In this document: piece after piece, positions 14,111 to 27,989 of the stretch
Numbering within the stretch: position 1 is the first letter of the stretch
Layout: the number at the start of each line of letters is the position of its first letter
NCBI GenBank assembly: GCA_965207375.1
Contig: CBDBMG010000003.1
Span: 128,001 to 192,000, forward strand
Reading direction: 5' to 3'
Origin: Nitrosopumilaceae archaeon
GTDB lineage: Archaea > Thermoproteota > Nitrososphaeria > Nitrososphaerales > Nitrosopumilaceae
DNA length: 64,000 bases
The notes under the pieces: generated by a model
What the model saw: the letters and a program-made list of their open reading frames with translations, nothing else
What the model was told of the DNA's origin: nothing
Databases searched by the model: none
Made by a program: the position numbers and the translations under genes

Positions 14111-15828
14111 TTTTGAAATTACCTTCTAGTAACCTCAAGCTTGTTAAGTGGAACCTGTCAATGTGGACACCTGCATAATCCATCCACCCAAGGTAGCCCT
14201 TTAGCTCATATGTTGACCTATAGCTACAGAAAACCAGGACACTTTAATTTTAGTTGATCCTAAGTACACACAGTAAGTACCTACATATGTAACTATGTAT
14301 GTGATGCATGGCAGCAGTGTGAAGACAATTGCAAGATACTGTTTATTGATATGTTGACAAAATGAGCAGCAGACTGCTATTGATTAAAATATAGACAGTT
14401 TACTGCATAAGCTAAGCATTTCATCTTGTATGTACCACAATATTTATTGAAAGTTTATCTATACAACTATAGCTACGTATATACGTATGCTTGTGACCAA
14501 GTCTGCAAAAATAGGTCTTATTTGCACATCCAGTTTTATGAATTTGAAGAGATATAACTCATCCTGTGGACAAGGTATAGGCACACAAATTTGACACAAG
14601 AGAGACTAAGCGTACGACTATAAATGTTGTAAAATTTGGATTGTTAGCTAAATTTATTGTTCTGCTATTTGTATAGATAACTAGTAAGACATGCATCCCT
14701 GCTGAGTTAATTACTGTGTCATTCCTTCCAGGCTGCTTATCCACTGAAGTATCCTAGCAATGCATGTCTTACAATGGCTTGGGTGTCTTAAATTATAAGT
14801 AAGACACCTGTATTAGGTGTCTTCACAAATAAAACACCTACATAAATACCTCGCACCTATTATAATTATGCTTTTAAAATTGCCTATTATGCTTGGAGCA
14901 ATGCTCCCCATCATACTCCAATTATGCTCCATAAATATCATTACGCTCAAGAATTCAACATTAATTTTACTTTCTTCCATCTTATCTTAATTGCTAATCT
15001 TACTTGTTGCTATTTTCTAGCTAGTTCCTCTAGAGTGTGAAATTTCTTGTACAAAAGAGCTATTTACATAGTCATTTTAATTATTTTTAGTGGCACCCAA
15101 TACCTATACCATCTAAAAGGTACAGTGTACGTATGTGTGTATTAATAACTTTGTGGATGTTATAAATGATTTGAGTATGCAGCATGGCAGCTTACGCTGG
15201 AAATTTTGCCTATTATATATGCCAACATTATGCTCAATTGGCGCAAACCTACTTCTCATACGTACATCAACGCATTCTTAACATGCCATTGTTTAGAAAT
15301 TTACATTAATAGATACATATCACACACACATTGATTACAAAATTATTCCATATAGTGGTTTTTGTTTGCGAGTTCCTAATTTTATAATTTTTGCAAAATT
15401 TGCAAGGCATCACAAGATAGCAAATTTAAACTGAAGATTTTTGTATGTACATAGCTGTATGCAGTTTGCAAATTTAATAATAGTAAATATTACTGCTTGA
15501 CTAGAAAATCAACGATTCACAAATAAAACTCGCTATACAGTACTGCCCTTTTCCTACTAGGGCTGCAGTAATTATGCTATAAACATGTTATGGCATTTCG
15601 CAAGTAAATATAAATTGATATACGTAGCTACACTAATAGAACAGTAAAATATTTAGTAAAGCTATACAATTTTGAGCATAATTACCTTAGCCCTATTTCC
15701 TATTGATATCTTTATTGTTTCAATTAATGTATCTATAATCCAAACTAAAATCAAACATTTATGCCTAATAAAATGTTACGTACTTTCAAACTAAAACGCA
15801 ACTGTTAAGAAACTCAATAGTCAATTAA

Positions 15829-16094
15829 TTAGCCTTGGAGGCTTGCTTTAATTTGTCCAGCCAAGTTAATGTATCTTCCCTTCTCCAAGGCATTTATGAT
15901 ATCATTCCAACTTGGTTGTGAAGCCTGCTGAAGATATGTTCTGAGCATTGCATTTCGCTTCTGATCCAGAGTTTGATAACCTATATCAATCCCATGGGTT
16001 ACCTGGCCGGTGCTATCTTTTAAGAGAGGAGGGCAGACTTGGTCCCAATTAGCAACATTATGAAATAGTTGTACCAAAATATTGAACTCTGGTG
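15829..16094 (-). CDS. Terminal exon encoding a death-fold (Death-domain-like) module
   Basis: Acceptor ttttaatag then PEFNILVQLFHNVANWDQVC...KRNAMLRTYLQQASQPSWNDIINALEKGRYINLAGQIK*. The ML..YL...PSW..II.AL...LA..I pattern is typical of death domains. Upstream exons were not identified. Confidence 0.6.
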
Positions 16095-16599
16095 CTATTA
16101 AAATACAAAGGAGTAATTCTTAGCTGTAGTCAGCATACTCTCTGCTATACAATGGTGCAACAAGCTATGTATGTGCTGAAACAGAATTGTAATGATTGGT
16201 GTTTTATATACCAACTATATATGTAGTAGTGATGCCACAATATGAAATTATTTATGTCATGATAATCATGATATGCTTAATTAATAAACTAAACATGTTA
16301 ATATGTTAACTGGTAGCTAGGGCGGAGCAATAGTAAAAATTATACCATCATGATACGTAGTAGAAACAGTAATATTTATGATTCTGAATACAATCTTGTT
16401 AGCAGCATTAATTCATATTTAGCTATTATAATAGCTAAAAGCAAAGGAACATCAAGTATTGTCAGCGGTCATGACTCTAAGTTACGTACTACCGTATTTC
16501 ATCACATTGATAATTTTATCAGTTGAAACAACAAGTATACCTATTTCGATTATGTATATGGTACATATTTCCTTTACTGCATAAAATTTTCAAAATCTG

Positions 16600-17670
16600 T
16601 TAACTGCGGGTAAGTAAATGGGAATGGGAATGGAAAACATGAACGGGAACCTCCATGGGAACTCATAAAATTCATTGCAAAACAGCTTTTGCTCCTTCTC
16701 TAATAAGGTTTATAAAGCTGTGTGAGCCAAGCCAGTAATGTAATATTTTGGCTTACTTGCCTATCGCGCTGAGTGGCCCAACACGATCTCAAATCACATA
16801 CACTTTGGCTCAAATCAATTTTCAAAACACAAATCGGTGATACACAAAATCAGTTCTCAAAACACAAATCAGGCTCTCAAATCATAAAAATTAATACCTA
16901 AATATGAATCAAGTTTCGCCACTGACTCTATAATGTACTTCCTATATTTTTATCTTAGAAGGCACATAATGAGTTGGCTGTGCTACGTATATCACAAGTG
17001 TTTGTTTTTCTGCAATGCAGTGGACAATCATGCGGCGTTCAGTTATTTTCAGTTTTTTAATGAAAGTGTAGCATACATCTTTCTAGTCGATTTTACTCAT
17101 TGATTTATCATTGTCCATATTTATTTAGTATTTAGAGATTTATAAAGCAGTTTTCAAATCACAAATACAGTTTTCAAATCATGAATACCCACGTGCACAG
17201 TTTTGAAATTACAACTGTTTTCAAAGTCACGTACACCAAACTTGCTTGCGACGGACCCCTCGTACTAAGCGATCAAGCTGGAAATAATCGATACATTTCT
17301 ACAGGTATAGCTACTTATACTTTTATAAACCTAAAAATACTCTACTTATGTAACACTCACTTTGTCAGCTTACTTGATGGTCGAGCCACCAGGCTGTTTC
17401 AAGTGCATGTTGGCGTAAGCACCTGCACTTATATTGGTGAAAATATTGCACACTTATAACTATCCGCCTATAACACTGCAACACCGGAAGCAGTCTTGTG
17501 ACTCAACAAGCCCTGCGCGATAGGAAGAGTAAGCCAAAATAGTACAGTACTATAGCTTAGCTCATACATTAGAGAAGGAGCAAAGGTTATTTTATGGTTT
17601 GCAACAAATTTGATGTGTTCCCAATGGAGGTTCCCATTTCCCTAGAATTCTACTTGCCCATTAACTGCAT
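16600..17670. mobile_element. Foldback-like element with long imperfect inverted termini
   Basis: GGGAACCTCCATGGGAAC...TTTGCTCCTTCTCTAAT...TTTTGGCTTACT..CCTATCGCGC is mirrored at 17515-17640. Internal TTTTCAAATCACAAAT repeats. Confidence 0.6.
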
Positions 17671-18175
17671 GAGATTCTCTATTGAAAGCTGTCTGAATGG
17701 TAAAAATTGTGTTAGATTCTTATGTTCACATACAACTTATATCATTTTGAAATTTAAAAGTGTGGTCAAATTTCATGCGCATATACGTAGCTAGCTAACC
17801 TCTGTGTCCTCATGCCGGGTCATAATTTGAGAGTGCATATAGTTGTGATGAAGTTATTAAAGCAATGAGGTTTATCCAGTTACTAGTTATAGGCTGAGTG
17901 ATTATCGTGATTGTACTCACTACCCTGATATTTTGGAGCTATTCATGAATAAGATAATAGACTGCCTGACCATTTGAATAGTAATTTGGAATTTTTATAG
18001 GATATTTTGTGCCGGTTTTCTCATGCCGGGTCACAAATTTGTTTAGATAAGATGCTTATTTCATAACCTACATAGTTTGCATTAATTTTTATATTATTTA
18101 TGTATGTTGCATATCATGATAATCATGAAATTTTATACCATCCATGATAATTGACTGTACAGTATAGCTATTATT

Positions 18176-18498
18176 ACTAGCATTTAAAAAAAGGGAGTAG
18201 GGATTGCAACAAAAAGTAAGGAAACAAGTAGCAAACTAGCTATAATAGTTTGCTAGCCTGAGAGCACCCAAATCTACAAGATTTAATCCGTACTTTGACA
18301 GGCGTAGCTATATACATTGCATGATGCTTAAATAATTATTAAGCTATGTATACGCCTGTCAAAGTAGGGATTAAATCTTGTAGATTTGGGTGCTCTCAGA
18401 CTAGCTAACTATTATAATAGTTAGTTTGTTACTTGTTTCCTTACTTTTTGTTGCAATCCCTACTCCTTTTTTAAATTTTAAATTTTTTAAATGCTAGT
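18176..18498. repeat. Palindromic element (~130-bp arms), related to 54323-54529
   Basis: ACTAGCATTTAAAAA...GACAGGCGTA is mirrored by TACGCCTGTC...TTAAATGCTAGT. Confidence 0.8.
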
Positions 18499-18914
18499 TT
18501 GTTTACTTTTTATGGTACACTTTGTAGCTATATAGATATACAAGTATTCACAACTGCAGACAAAATTTTAAGTACTATAGCTATGTATGTAGCTTGTTTA
18601 AAGGTTTTTTAATTGCATGCAGTGCCTATGTGAACAGCCATACACACATTCTAATCTTGCAAGCCCCAGACCCAATTTACGTGCAGCTGGGCCCAATCAA
18701 TTAGAGATGGTAAGCGCCGGCAGTATAGGCGCTTATCATCTCTAATCGATAAGGCCCTGCACGTAAATTGTGACACTAACTTAGTAACTGACGTTCCTGA
18801 AATATTAAGACTAAAATCAAATGTGCACAATAATATACAGCATCAATAAACTCTAGATATTCGCTGACAATATTACAAAATTCTTATACTCTGTAATGGC
18901 AACACACTGATGGC

Positions 18915-19270
18915 CTAATAATATCACGTGTGCAAGCCATGGTTTTATATGATGTAATAGGCTAATCGACACCTTTCGTGAGTTTTCTCACCTTGCTAAG
19001 GGAATATAGAAGAACAAGGAAGGGAATAAAGGATAATAGGAATCGCCATGGCGCAGTGGGTAAATTGTCTTCGGAACAACAGTTTCGTAAATGCGACGCG
19101 ATTACCTTGCTGTGTTGAATTTCTGGAGCCGTACACCTAGCGTTACGGCAGGCTGGCTGGCTGGCTGGCAGGCAGACAAAATCCAGTTAATTTTCGAAAT
19201 TTTCATAATTCACTGTAGATCGAAAATATCGGCTTTTCGCTTCGTTTAACAAAGGTACAGCATTATTACA
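18915..19270 (+). repeat. Interspersed repeat, second copy at ~54787-55151
   Basis: Shared CCTTGCTAA.GGAATATAGAAGAACAAGGAAGGGAAT.AAGGATAA.AGGAATCGCCATGGCGCAGTG block and downstream sequence. Confidence 0.8.
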
Positions 19271-20321
19271 GCTGTACCAATGCTAAGTAGGTATTTTCGG
19301 CTAAAGCCTATTGTAAAGTGGTTTTTACAAGTGTGAAAAATTCGGAAGCCACAAATTTTCATGGCAATCCCTACTAATACGTAAGTACTACCATACTTAA
19401 TGATATATATTTGTGGCATCATATAGCTACTACATAATATTATATAGCTGTGTACGTATGTAACTCAGGTACAAGTGTATATCATTTTCAAAAATTATTT
19501 CAGTTAAACCTGTCTAATCTGGTCACCCATGGGCCACAATTTGCTGACTTTATTAAGCAGCGACATAGTTGCATTAGGAAGGTCACTTTGTACATGCATA
19601 AATTACATGTGTACTAGGAGATTTTTGAGTTGGCTGGTTTAAACAGGTTACTTTATTACATGGTGACCTAATTAAACAAGTCCCACTGTAGCTGCAAAAA
19701 TTTGAATGGCGCAATCTTATTTTTTATTACTATATGAGAGGAAAAGTATCAAGCAAATCATCATTACAAACTAACTACGTACATTGTTCAAATATGTTGT
19801 GTACTTTTCTTTTACATAGAGATTGGTTCTCTTGGACAAAATTGATTTAACCACCAGGTTACTTTGTTGCTCCAGTTTTACATTGTTTTCATGTATATTC
19901 ACTTGCTTTATTATCCTCAAAATAGTGACTTTGTATCGCACAAGATTGAATTATGTACGTACATATGACTTATCAAAGACTAGCACATGGTCTATAGTGT
20001 GATGTAGCCGCATTACTATACTGCATGTATGTAGTACGTACAAGACACAGGGAAACCGTTATACAGATCTTGACTTTTTCGGAGTCAGTGTATACATATA
20101 AACTGCCCCTAGTCTCAATTTAGTGCATAAACAGGGTGGTATTTGCACTGTTTATGTACGTATAACTATATACACTGACTCCAAGATTTGTATAGCAGTT
20201 TTCTGTGAAGATTACTATGAATGGCAATTTGAAAATTTTCTGAGTACAGAAAAGAGGAAGCAAATTTGTAAAAAACGTATGCAAGCAACAAGCAGTAGAG
20301 GTTTAATTTAAATCTGTATAT

Positions 20322-20739
20322 ATATGCTAAACAAAAACAGCCTGGTTGTAAAAAAAGTGTGAGGCCAATCAGAAGCCACAAATATAAGCGACCAAAAACT
20401 CTGATATCAAGTAAGGCCAAGAAATTGAACATTTTATTAAGAATCTTTTTACTTGAATGACATACAATAGTTTACAGGGCATTTTCACAACTATGATTGG
20501 CTTTGTCACTTGGCCACCTTATAAAAGATGATAGTGCAAAAAGGTGGCCAAGTGACAAAGCCAATCATAGTTGTGAAAATGCCCTGTAAACTATTGTATG
20601 TCATTCAAGTAAAAAGATTCTTAATAAAATGTTCAATTTCTTGGCCTTACTTGATATCAGAGTTTTTGGTCGCTTATATTTGTGGCTTCTGATTGGCCTC
20701 GCACTTTTTTTACAGCCAGGCTGTTTTTGTTTAGCATAT
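20322..20739. repeat. Near-perfect long inverted repeat: 199-bp arms, 20-bp spacer
   Basis: Arm 20322-20520 is the reverse complement of 20541-20739; two mismatches seen. Confidence 0.9.
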
Positions 20740-21269
20740 CACTGCTTTTTGTAAATATTCAAAAACAGATTATATACTATAAACAAGTCCTGACAAGAAA
20801 CCTTATATAAAGTATGCAGAGTAATAAAATTTTAAAGGGGAGAGGAGGAAGTTAATATGTTGGGTATTTCCCTTGTATTCCCCCAAATAACTAATGAACA
20901 TTATAAAGTATGTGTTATTATAATATAATTGTTAGCTATGTAGGTGGAGAACAGTTGAGAACTTCAATGAAGACTACATCATTGCCATCCTCTACTGTTG
21001 ATTGATCTACAGGAGAAGACAATTAATATTATAGTGCAAAATATTGTGTATGCTAATAGTGACAGTGGTCTCCTATTTATAATGTGTGGCCACTGTTCAC
21101 CTCTTGTTGTTTTGTATAATTATCATGGCACATTAACATGAATGAAATCGTTAAAGGCTAATTTTGATAAACTGAAGTGTCATAATTTCTTTAAACTTAT
21201 CCTGAAGATTTATATATCAATATAGCTTGTGTATCTGAAATTTCATTCAAATGATTTAGAGGGGGTCCG

Positions 21270-21510
21270 AGTTATGGAAACTATCAACATACAGTGTAAA
21301 AGTATCTCTCAAATACATTGAGGTATTTGCTTTATGCTGAAAGTTGTTTGTCTGGTAGAGCATACATAGGAGAAGTGTTGATACAAATTTGGTTGAAATC
21401 CATGCAGAAATGAGTGAGTTATTAGACAAACAAGTGTATGTACTAAATGAGTGTTATTCCGGGATTCACGCTGGGGGTCACGCAAGCCCACGAAAAGTGT
21501 GCGATGAAAA
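21270..21510 (+). repeat. Interspersed repeat, related copy at ~5275-5510
   Basis: Shared TTTGGTTGAAATCCATG, TATTAGACAAACAA and GCAAGCCCAC blocks in the same order. Confidence 0.65.
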
Positions 21511-24105
21511 TAAAAGAAAGAAAGAAAGAAAGTAGAAAGAAAGAAAAAGAAAAACGACGGCCGCGTAAAAAAATTTTTACTGGAAGGAGGACTTTATAAG
21601 GCTGTATCAGAAGACTGGCTGATCCGATTTCGATGAAATTTGGGTTACTGATTCTACATTAAATTAAGGTACTATTCTCTAATTAACGAGCGAAAAGGGG
21701 CGGGGCAGATGAGATACTCTTGCCAAGAGTTTGCTGTGGATATTGCTTTTCATATTGCTCTCCTAATCACTCAATAATGAATATGCAATTTAATTCCTTT
21801 GATCAGTTACATATGTCTCACTAGCTATATGATTATGATAACATCATGATTGTACAATCCAATAAATTGGCTTCAACCACACTAGGGATGGGACGATACT
21901 CAATATTATCGTTGAAAGGCAATACTCAACTAGATGATACTGGTATTGTTAGAATCTAGTGCTAAACAATAATATCGGCATTATCGTGCACTCGCAATAA
22001 ACTAGCTTGCACTGTTACAACTTTGTCATTCATTTATCCGCTTATCCAGTTTACTCATGCTGCAGCCTAAATACTATCACATGGCTTCATACTTATAATT
22101 ACGACGTAGTTGTAAAAATACAAATACCAATTAATACCTATACTAATAGCTGCTACCGTGATACTAAAGTTAGGCAATAATTGTTAAGTGTAAAATTAGT
22201 ATTGTCTCACCTCTACATGCAACAAAACAAACTGTGATACGTAGCTTAAACCTATAAGGCTTAGTATAAAGTTATAACTACATACCATATTACTCAACAT
22301 TAAATTTTCATTAGAATGGTTTCACTGGCAAACGACTCCGGTAAAAAGTATTCATCCTAGGAAGACTAAACAACAAGTATTCCAAGTAAGCATTTTAAAG
22401 GCCTAGCCCCTGGTCCCGTAGTTACTATTATTATACACTATGATTTATACGCATCATAAAAGGGTCGGCACACCAGATTATAGGTATAACTTATTATAGT
22501 GTTTAAGCCGGCTGCTAAGCCTGTGCAGTGTAAAAACGGACACCACATAGCTACGTACGTGGCTAGCTATGCAGTATTTATCATGTCGATCCCTATAGCT
22601 AGCTGTCGTAGCTATAGCTAGGCACCGCATAAAACGGGTCGGCCGGCTAGACTAATATACGTAGCTTTATGTCGTACTATGATTATAACTGAAGTCGTAT
22701 AACAGGAAACCTTAGCAAAGGAGCATCACCGGCTCTGCTGAAACAGTAACGTCGCCCCACAGCCTGGGACGCATAATTTGCATTCGAGGCACCTGCTGAG
22801 CATACATAATGCCTTATACATTTAGATTAGCTAGGTATATGCAGTAATAGCTAACTTCTTGTCTGACTATATTATATATATATATATATTAGCGTGCAAA
22901 ATTTAGCTATAGCTAGCTACGTAGCTATACGGTACAGATTTAATGCAACGTAGCAATCGCTCGCTCGCGAGTACGGGTGAAACTGATTCTTTGCAAGTAT
23001 CACCTTAGTTGAGGAATCAATTCATAAGCGGTGTAGCACCTGTGGAATATCCTTATATTGAAGTAGCAAGACGAAGTAGCTACTATACAGTTTATAAAGT
23101 GGGGCGTGGAACAGCTATATGATAATATTGTCTTGCACTTGCAAATCAATCAATACCTCCGTAAAGGAGAGCTACCCATGTAGAGGGGGAAAAGACACAC
23201 AACTGATAAAAATATAATTAATTAGTCAGTCAATAATCTTCGAGTCGCAACGTGAATGCTCAGTGTTACACGCACTCACAAGCGTTGCTACTCGCGATGT
23301 TGCATTAAATACGCATATAAGGAATTTAGCTGGCTACGTGTATGAGTACGTACGTACCTGATTCCACGAATCTGACAATACAAACCTGCAGCTTTATTAC
23401 AAAAGAAACTAAAGAGTATAGCTCGCTATAACCGACCTTTGAAATCCTATATGTAAAACGATCATGTACGCCTAAAAATCGAACATTTATAGTATTTCAT
23501 CGCGTGAGCACAGTGATTATAGTAGTTGCTATAATAAAAATTTCCATGCATGCAAGTAATAAAAAGATAATATTGTGGTCAAAACTTCTCATGAGATCAA
23601 TAAGAAATCAAGACGGAATCTGCACGACATCATCTGTGATTCCCACAAAATAGAGTGAATAAACAAATTGGATTCCACCGTGATCCATATCCAAATTGCT
23701 ACGCCTACAAGGCACAGAATAATTGCTCAATTTGCTGATATAGAGCAACATTCCAGTGATGCTAAGGTTAAGGCTGTTTTGTGGCAATTACATTTGACTA
23801 GGACAAAATTAATTCCACTGTGTTATAACCTGATTATTAAAGAATGAAACAAAAATTACGTAATTTTATAGTAGCTATTTGCTATCCATATTCTGGCCAA
23901 ATCTGGTAGATTCATATGATTGGAACCATGTAAAATAGGAACATATAGCTACGTATGTTGCAAAGCATTAACATTCTAGTTAAAGCACTCTCCAAGTATA
24001 TACATATGTAAGGAAAATACAACATAATGATATAAATAGGGGGCATGTCAAAAGATAAATACAGCATGAGGCAAAGTGTATTTATCTCAAGACACAACTC
24101 CAAAT

Positions 24106-24851
24106 GTGACTGGATTTGCGAAAACCGTCCCTAATGGCACAAGAATTGAAATCACCTAGACTCAAGCACTATACATATACACCATTCACGGGGCTATAGA
24201 TGGCCAGTTCTGCTTTTACAGGCAGTCTTTTTCCCACCCTGCTAAACCACGTCGGTCCACTACAGGGTGCATGGGGCCACTGGGGGGCACTAATAAGGCT
24301 ACAAGCACTATACATATACACCATTCACGGGGCTATAGATGGCCAGTTCTGCTTTTACAGGCGATCTTTTTCCCACCCTGCTAAACCACATCGGTCCACT
24401 ACAAGGTGCATGGGGCCACTGGGGGGCACTAATAAGGCTACATGGTGTGTCAGGCTGCTGCCAATGACCGTCTCGGCCTACCATGTCGACTGTGGCTGTT
24501 TCTGTGCCCTACTGGGGACACACTGCTGCTGTCTGTCTCCTCGTGGATGGTATAACCCGCCTTCAGCTCCCCACCCGCCCCCACTGCCCACCCCTCCCGC
24601 CCACCCACCCCCTATAAACTCTATTCGTGATATTACAGCAGTTGGAAAAAAACTGTCTCAAAACCCAGCAGTATCAGCTATGTGGTAGAATTAGTTAAAA
24701 AACAATAGCTACATAAGTAGTCTACTTATACTGTTAGTCTGGCGTGGCTACATTGTAGCACAAGAGAACCACAGTGGCTTCAATATTTCAAATTGGTATT
24801 TCTCAAAACACAAAATGTGCCCTTAAGGATGGTTTTCGCAAATCCAGTCAC
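24106..24851. mobile_element. Non-autonomous GTGAC...GTCAC element with AAAT TSD (Sola1-like), with an internal ~139-bp tandem duplication
   Basis: TIRs GTGACTGGATTTGCGAAAACC / GGTTTTCGCAAATCCAGTCAC, with AAAT on both sides. Duplication at 24163-24301 and 24302-24440. Confidence 0.75.
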
Positions 24852-25362
24852 AAATGATGTTTCTTTGTGTAATGAGCTATGTACGTAAGGTGCTTTAGCT
24901 GTTATCTACATAACTACATATGTATATTAATAATTGTGCTTCTCAGTCACCTAAAGGTGCAGAGCAGCAGATCATCGAGTGCGATGATTCAAGTTGTTAG
25001 AAGGTTTGAGCTACGTAATTAACTAGGCATGAATCTAAGTATGCAGCTAGCTGTAAGTTTCTGGTGATAGGGGCATCATGCAGTATTGACTGCTGTATCG
25101 ACACGCAAATTGACAACATAATTACTCAATTAGTAGCAAAAATGAATTTAGTTAGTGCTGGATAACGTTTGACACACATAAGGTGGTGCACCATACAAAG
25201 TGCTTGTTTTAACAGATAAATGTATTGAATAGTGTTAATTGTCATCATTTGGAGTTTTACACCAATAACAAGAAATTATCCGTACAGCATCCTTGCTAAC
25301 TACGTACCTACTTGATGGAAAAAACACATTTAGCTAGTCCCTTTGATCCGTCCACACAAAAT

Positions 25363-25595
25363 GTGACCAGGCCTGAGAAAACCAGTCTTATCTACACATA
25401 AATTTTGACCTAATTTTTGCTCTTTCAAGTTTAATACGTTATTCTTTTTCCTAACATAATATTTTAATACAAATTTCATCATCTATGCAGAATTTCCTAA
25501 GGAATTCAACAAAACTTACAAGAAATGAGATAGACACCATGATATGAATAGGTGTAGTTTGTGTAGATAAGATTGGTGTTCTCAGGTCCAGTCAC
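25363..25595. mobile_element. GTGAC-terminated MITE (Sola1-like)
   Basis: GTGACCAGGCCTGAGAAAACCAGTCTTATCTACACA is mirrored at the right end. Flanks AAAT / ATAT. Confidence 0.65.
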
Positions 25596-25640
25596 ATATA
25601 CAATTGAGCTCAGTCTGTATGTTTTACTTGTTCAATAATT

Positions 25641-26263
25641 GTGACCGGATTTGATAATACCCGGCTTCCACACACAATTATAAATATTTAGAAATACTGG
25701 TTTTAATTATTTAATTCATTCTATCTCCGGAAGGGAAGGAGCTGCATGCATGCAATTTGCCACAATTATGTAGCTGTTTATAATCTTTCAGTGCATCAGC
25801 TCTCCATTGGATAGCTGTTTGAATTGCCCGCCATTTTAGATAATCTATAAAACGGGCACAGTCAATATCACAAATACCTCTATATAGGGGCGGAGGGTGG
25901 GTTACAGGTTTATAAAAACTTCACGAGACCGAAACACAGCCAAATAGCCTTACTTGAGGCCCTTGTAGGCTTCAAAAGTAGCCAAATCGATAACTAAGAC
26001 AACTATCCAATCTCCGGACGGTTTCCAGTCAGGTCACTCAGGTGGCTGCTTTTCAAGTCCCACCAGAGCCATTTAAAGACCACCCAAGCACTCATGGACG
26101 TCTGATAGGCCCCACAAACAAGCCACAGGAAAAGCAGACCGGAGAACTTTAACCACCAATACATGCATGGACTATTAGCTAATTGACATAGCTATCGAGT
26201 AGTGGTGAAAAGTGTATCTGGTTATTGTGTGCATCAAAGATGGCTTTTGTCAAATCCAGTCAC
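25641..26263. mobile_element. GTGAC-terminated non-autonomous element with AATT TSD (Sola1-like)
   Basis: GTGACCGGATTTGA / TCAAATCCAGTCAC, with AATT duplicated on both sides. Confidence 0.7.
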
Positions 26264-27989
26264 AATTATGTAAGAGCTACATATATTAATTGGTTGCTAG
26301 TTAACTTCGATCCCTATTTCCATTGAATATTACTAGTTTGGTCAGTTTAGCTACAGTATATAAAAAGTAGCTAGCTATGTGGTGAACCTGATGACTTTTA
26401 AGTGGCTGCTCACTCTGCATGGGTTTGACGATATGCCCATCAGCTTGTAATGCCTGCATATAAGTGGCCTGTTAGGTAAGAATATACATATGAGACACAA
26501 TATCTTAATATGTGACCCGACATGTGAAAACAGGACTTATGTGCACATAAAATGCGATTTATAAGTAATCATAGGAGTCTAATAAAATTTACACCATTTA
26601 TGTAGCTTTTCATAGGGAATCTCATTAATTTTAGCTTTTTTGCGTTGACATCACAGTGTGTATAACAATTAATTAATAAAAGTGCCTCTGCAGAAGACGG
26701 CGAACAGCGGACCACCCCTCAGTAACTCCTAAGGGCAGTGGAATGGTGGCCCAAATAGTGACAACCATGCCCAGAAAAATGTTTTCACATAAATCCAGTG
26801 AATTGTATTTGGTAGGGCTTTGCAGCAGCAAATGACATGCTGCAGATGGCGGGGATGAGTGACAGAGACTGGCAAGAGTGGGGCAGAAAGTCTGAAGTGG
26901 TCCTCAACATTGAGAATCCAGTAGCTTACACAGCAGGTCAATAACACTGGCCTTACGACGAGAAGTCAAGGATAAAAATGTTGTTCCATACAATTTCTCA
27001 GCCATCTTTGTATTGAAACCAACTTGTGTAAATGAGCAGCAGAAGCTCCCATAAAAATGATGCCACCATATTCACATACAGACCTAACAAAAGATGTAAA
27101 AGTACGTAACATCAAAGCCATGTACTCTCATTGAGGTATTCTCTAACGTGATAGAGAATACTTAATTGTTGACAACAACAGTAGTCAACTGATCAATCAT
27201 ATAGCTCCAAGCAAGTTTACGATCAAAATAAATACCCTAAATTTTCAAACATCAACTTCTTCAATGGGAAGAGTGGCCATAGGTGGGCAAGGGTGGAGGA
27301 AGCTACTGAAAGTTAGGGGGGCCACTTAGCTAAACTCAAGTGATTTTCTATTGCAAAAATTGAATTCCTATGGAGTCTTAAAATTTAAGAGGGGCCATGG
27401 CCCCCTACTTCCGCCGCCTATGGTGGTGGGTGTATAAACTAACATCTCTCTTATGTGAAACACAAAGCCAGTGACACTTAGCAGGCTCAAAATTAATAAT
27501 CCACATCTGTCAGGGTCAGATCAATCCACATATCCGGGTCAAATGGGTCACTTTTTCTCCAGGTCAAGTTTGGATCAGTTGACCTGGATTAATACTCTAT
27601 AATACTAGTGATTGTTTTATTAGAGAGCATTGATGTTTGTCAAAGTATAATGCTGTGTTAGTCATTCATTTCACAGTAAGACATTTTAACCAACTGTACA
27701 TTACTAAAAGGATGGCCGAGGCACTTCAGTTTTAAAAGTGGGCGTGCCATGCGGGTTTCAAAGATTATAAAAGAAGACTGGGTTTTACGTAAAACAACTT
27801 TATAGCTGGTTTAAGTTATGTTGAGTATTGTTGCTCTGTAGATTTCAAGTTCTAAAAATCCGGGTCACCATCCGGGTCAGCAGGTCAATATCAATGCCGG
27901 GGTCAGCGGGTCAACTGGGTCAATATCTTTGACCTGGTTTCAACTCTGATCCGACCCCACGAGCATTTGTTTCATCAGCTGCAGTAGTC

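Noticed and set aside
24200..24688. 162-aa ORF with a proline-rich end
   Set aside because: Lies wholly inside a non-autonomous TIR element and spans an out-of-frame internal duplication.
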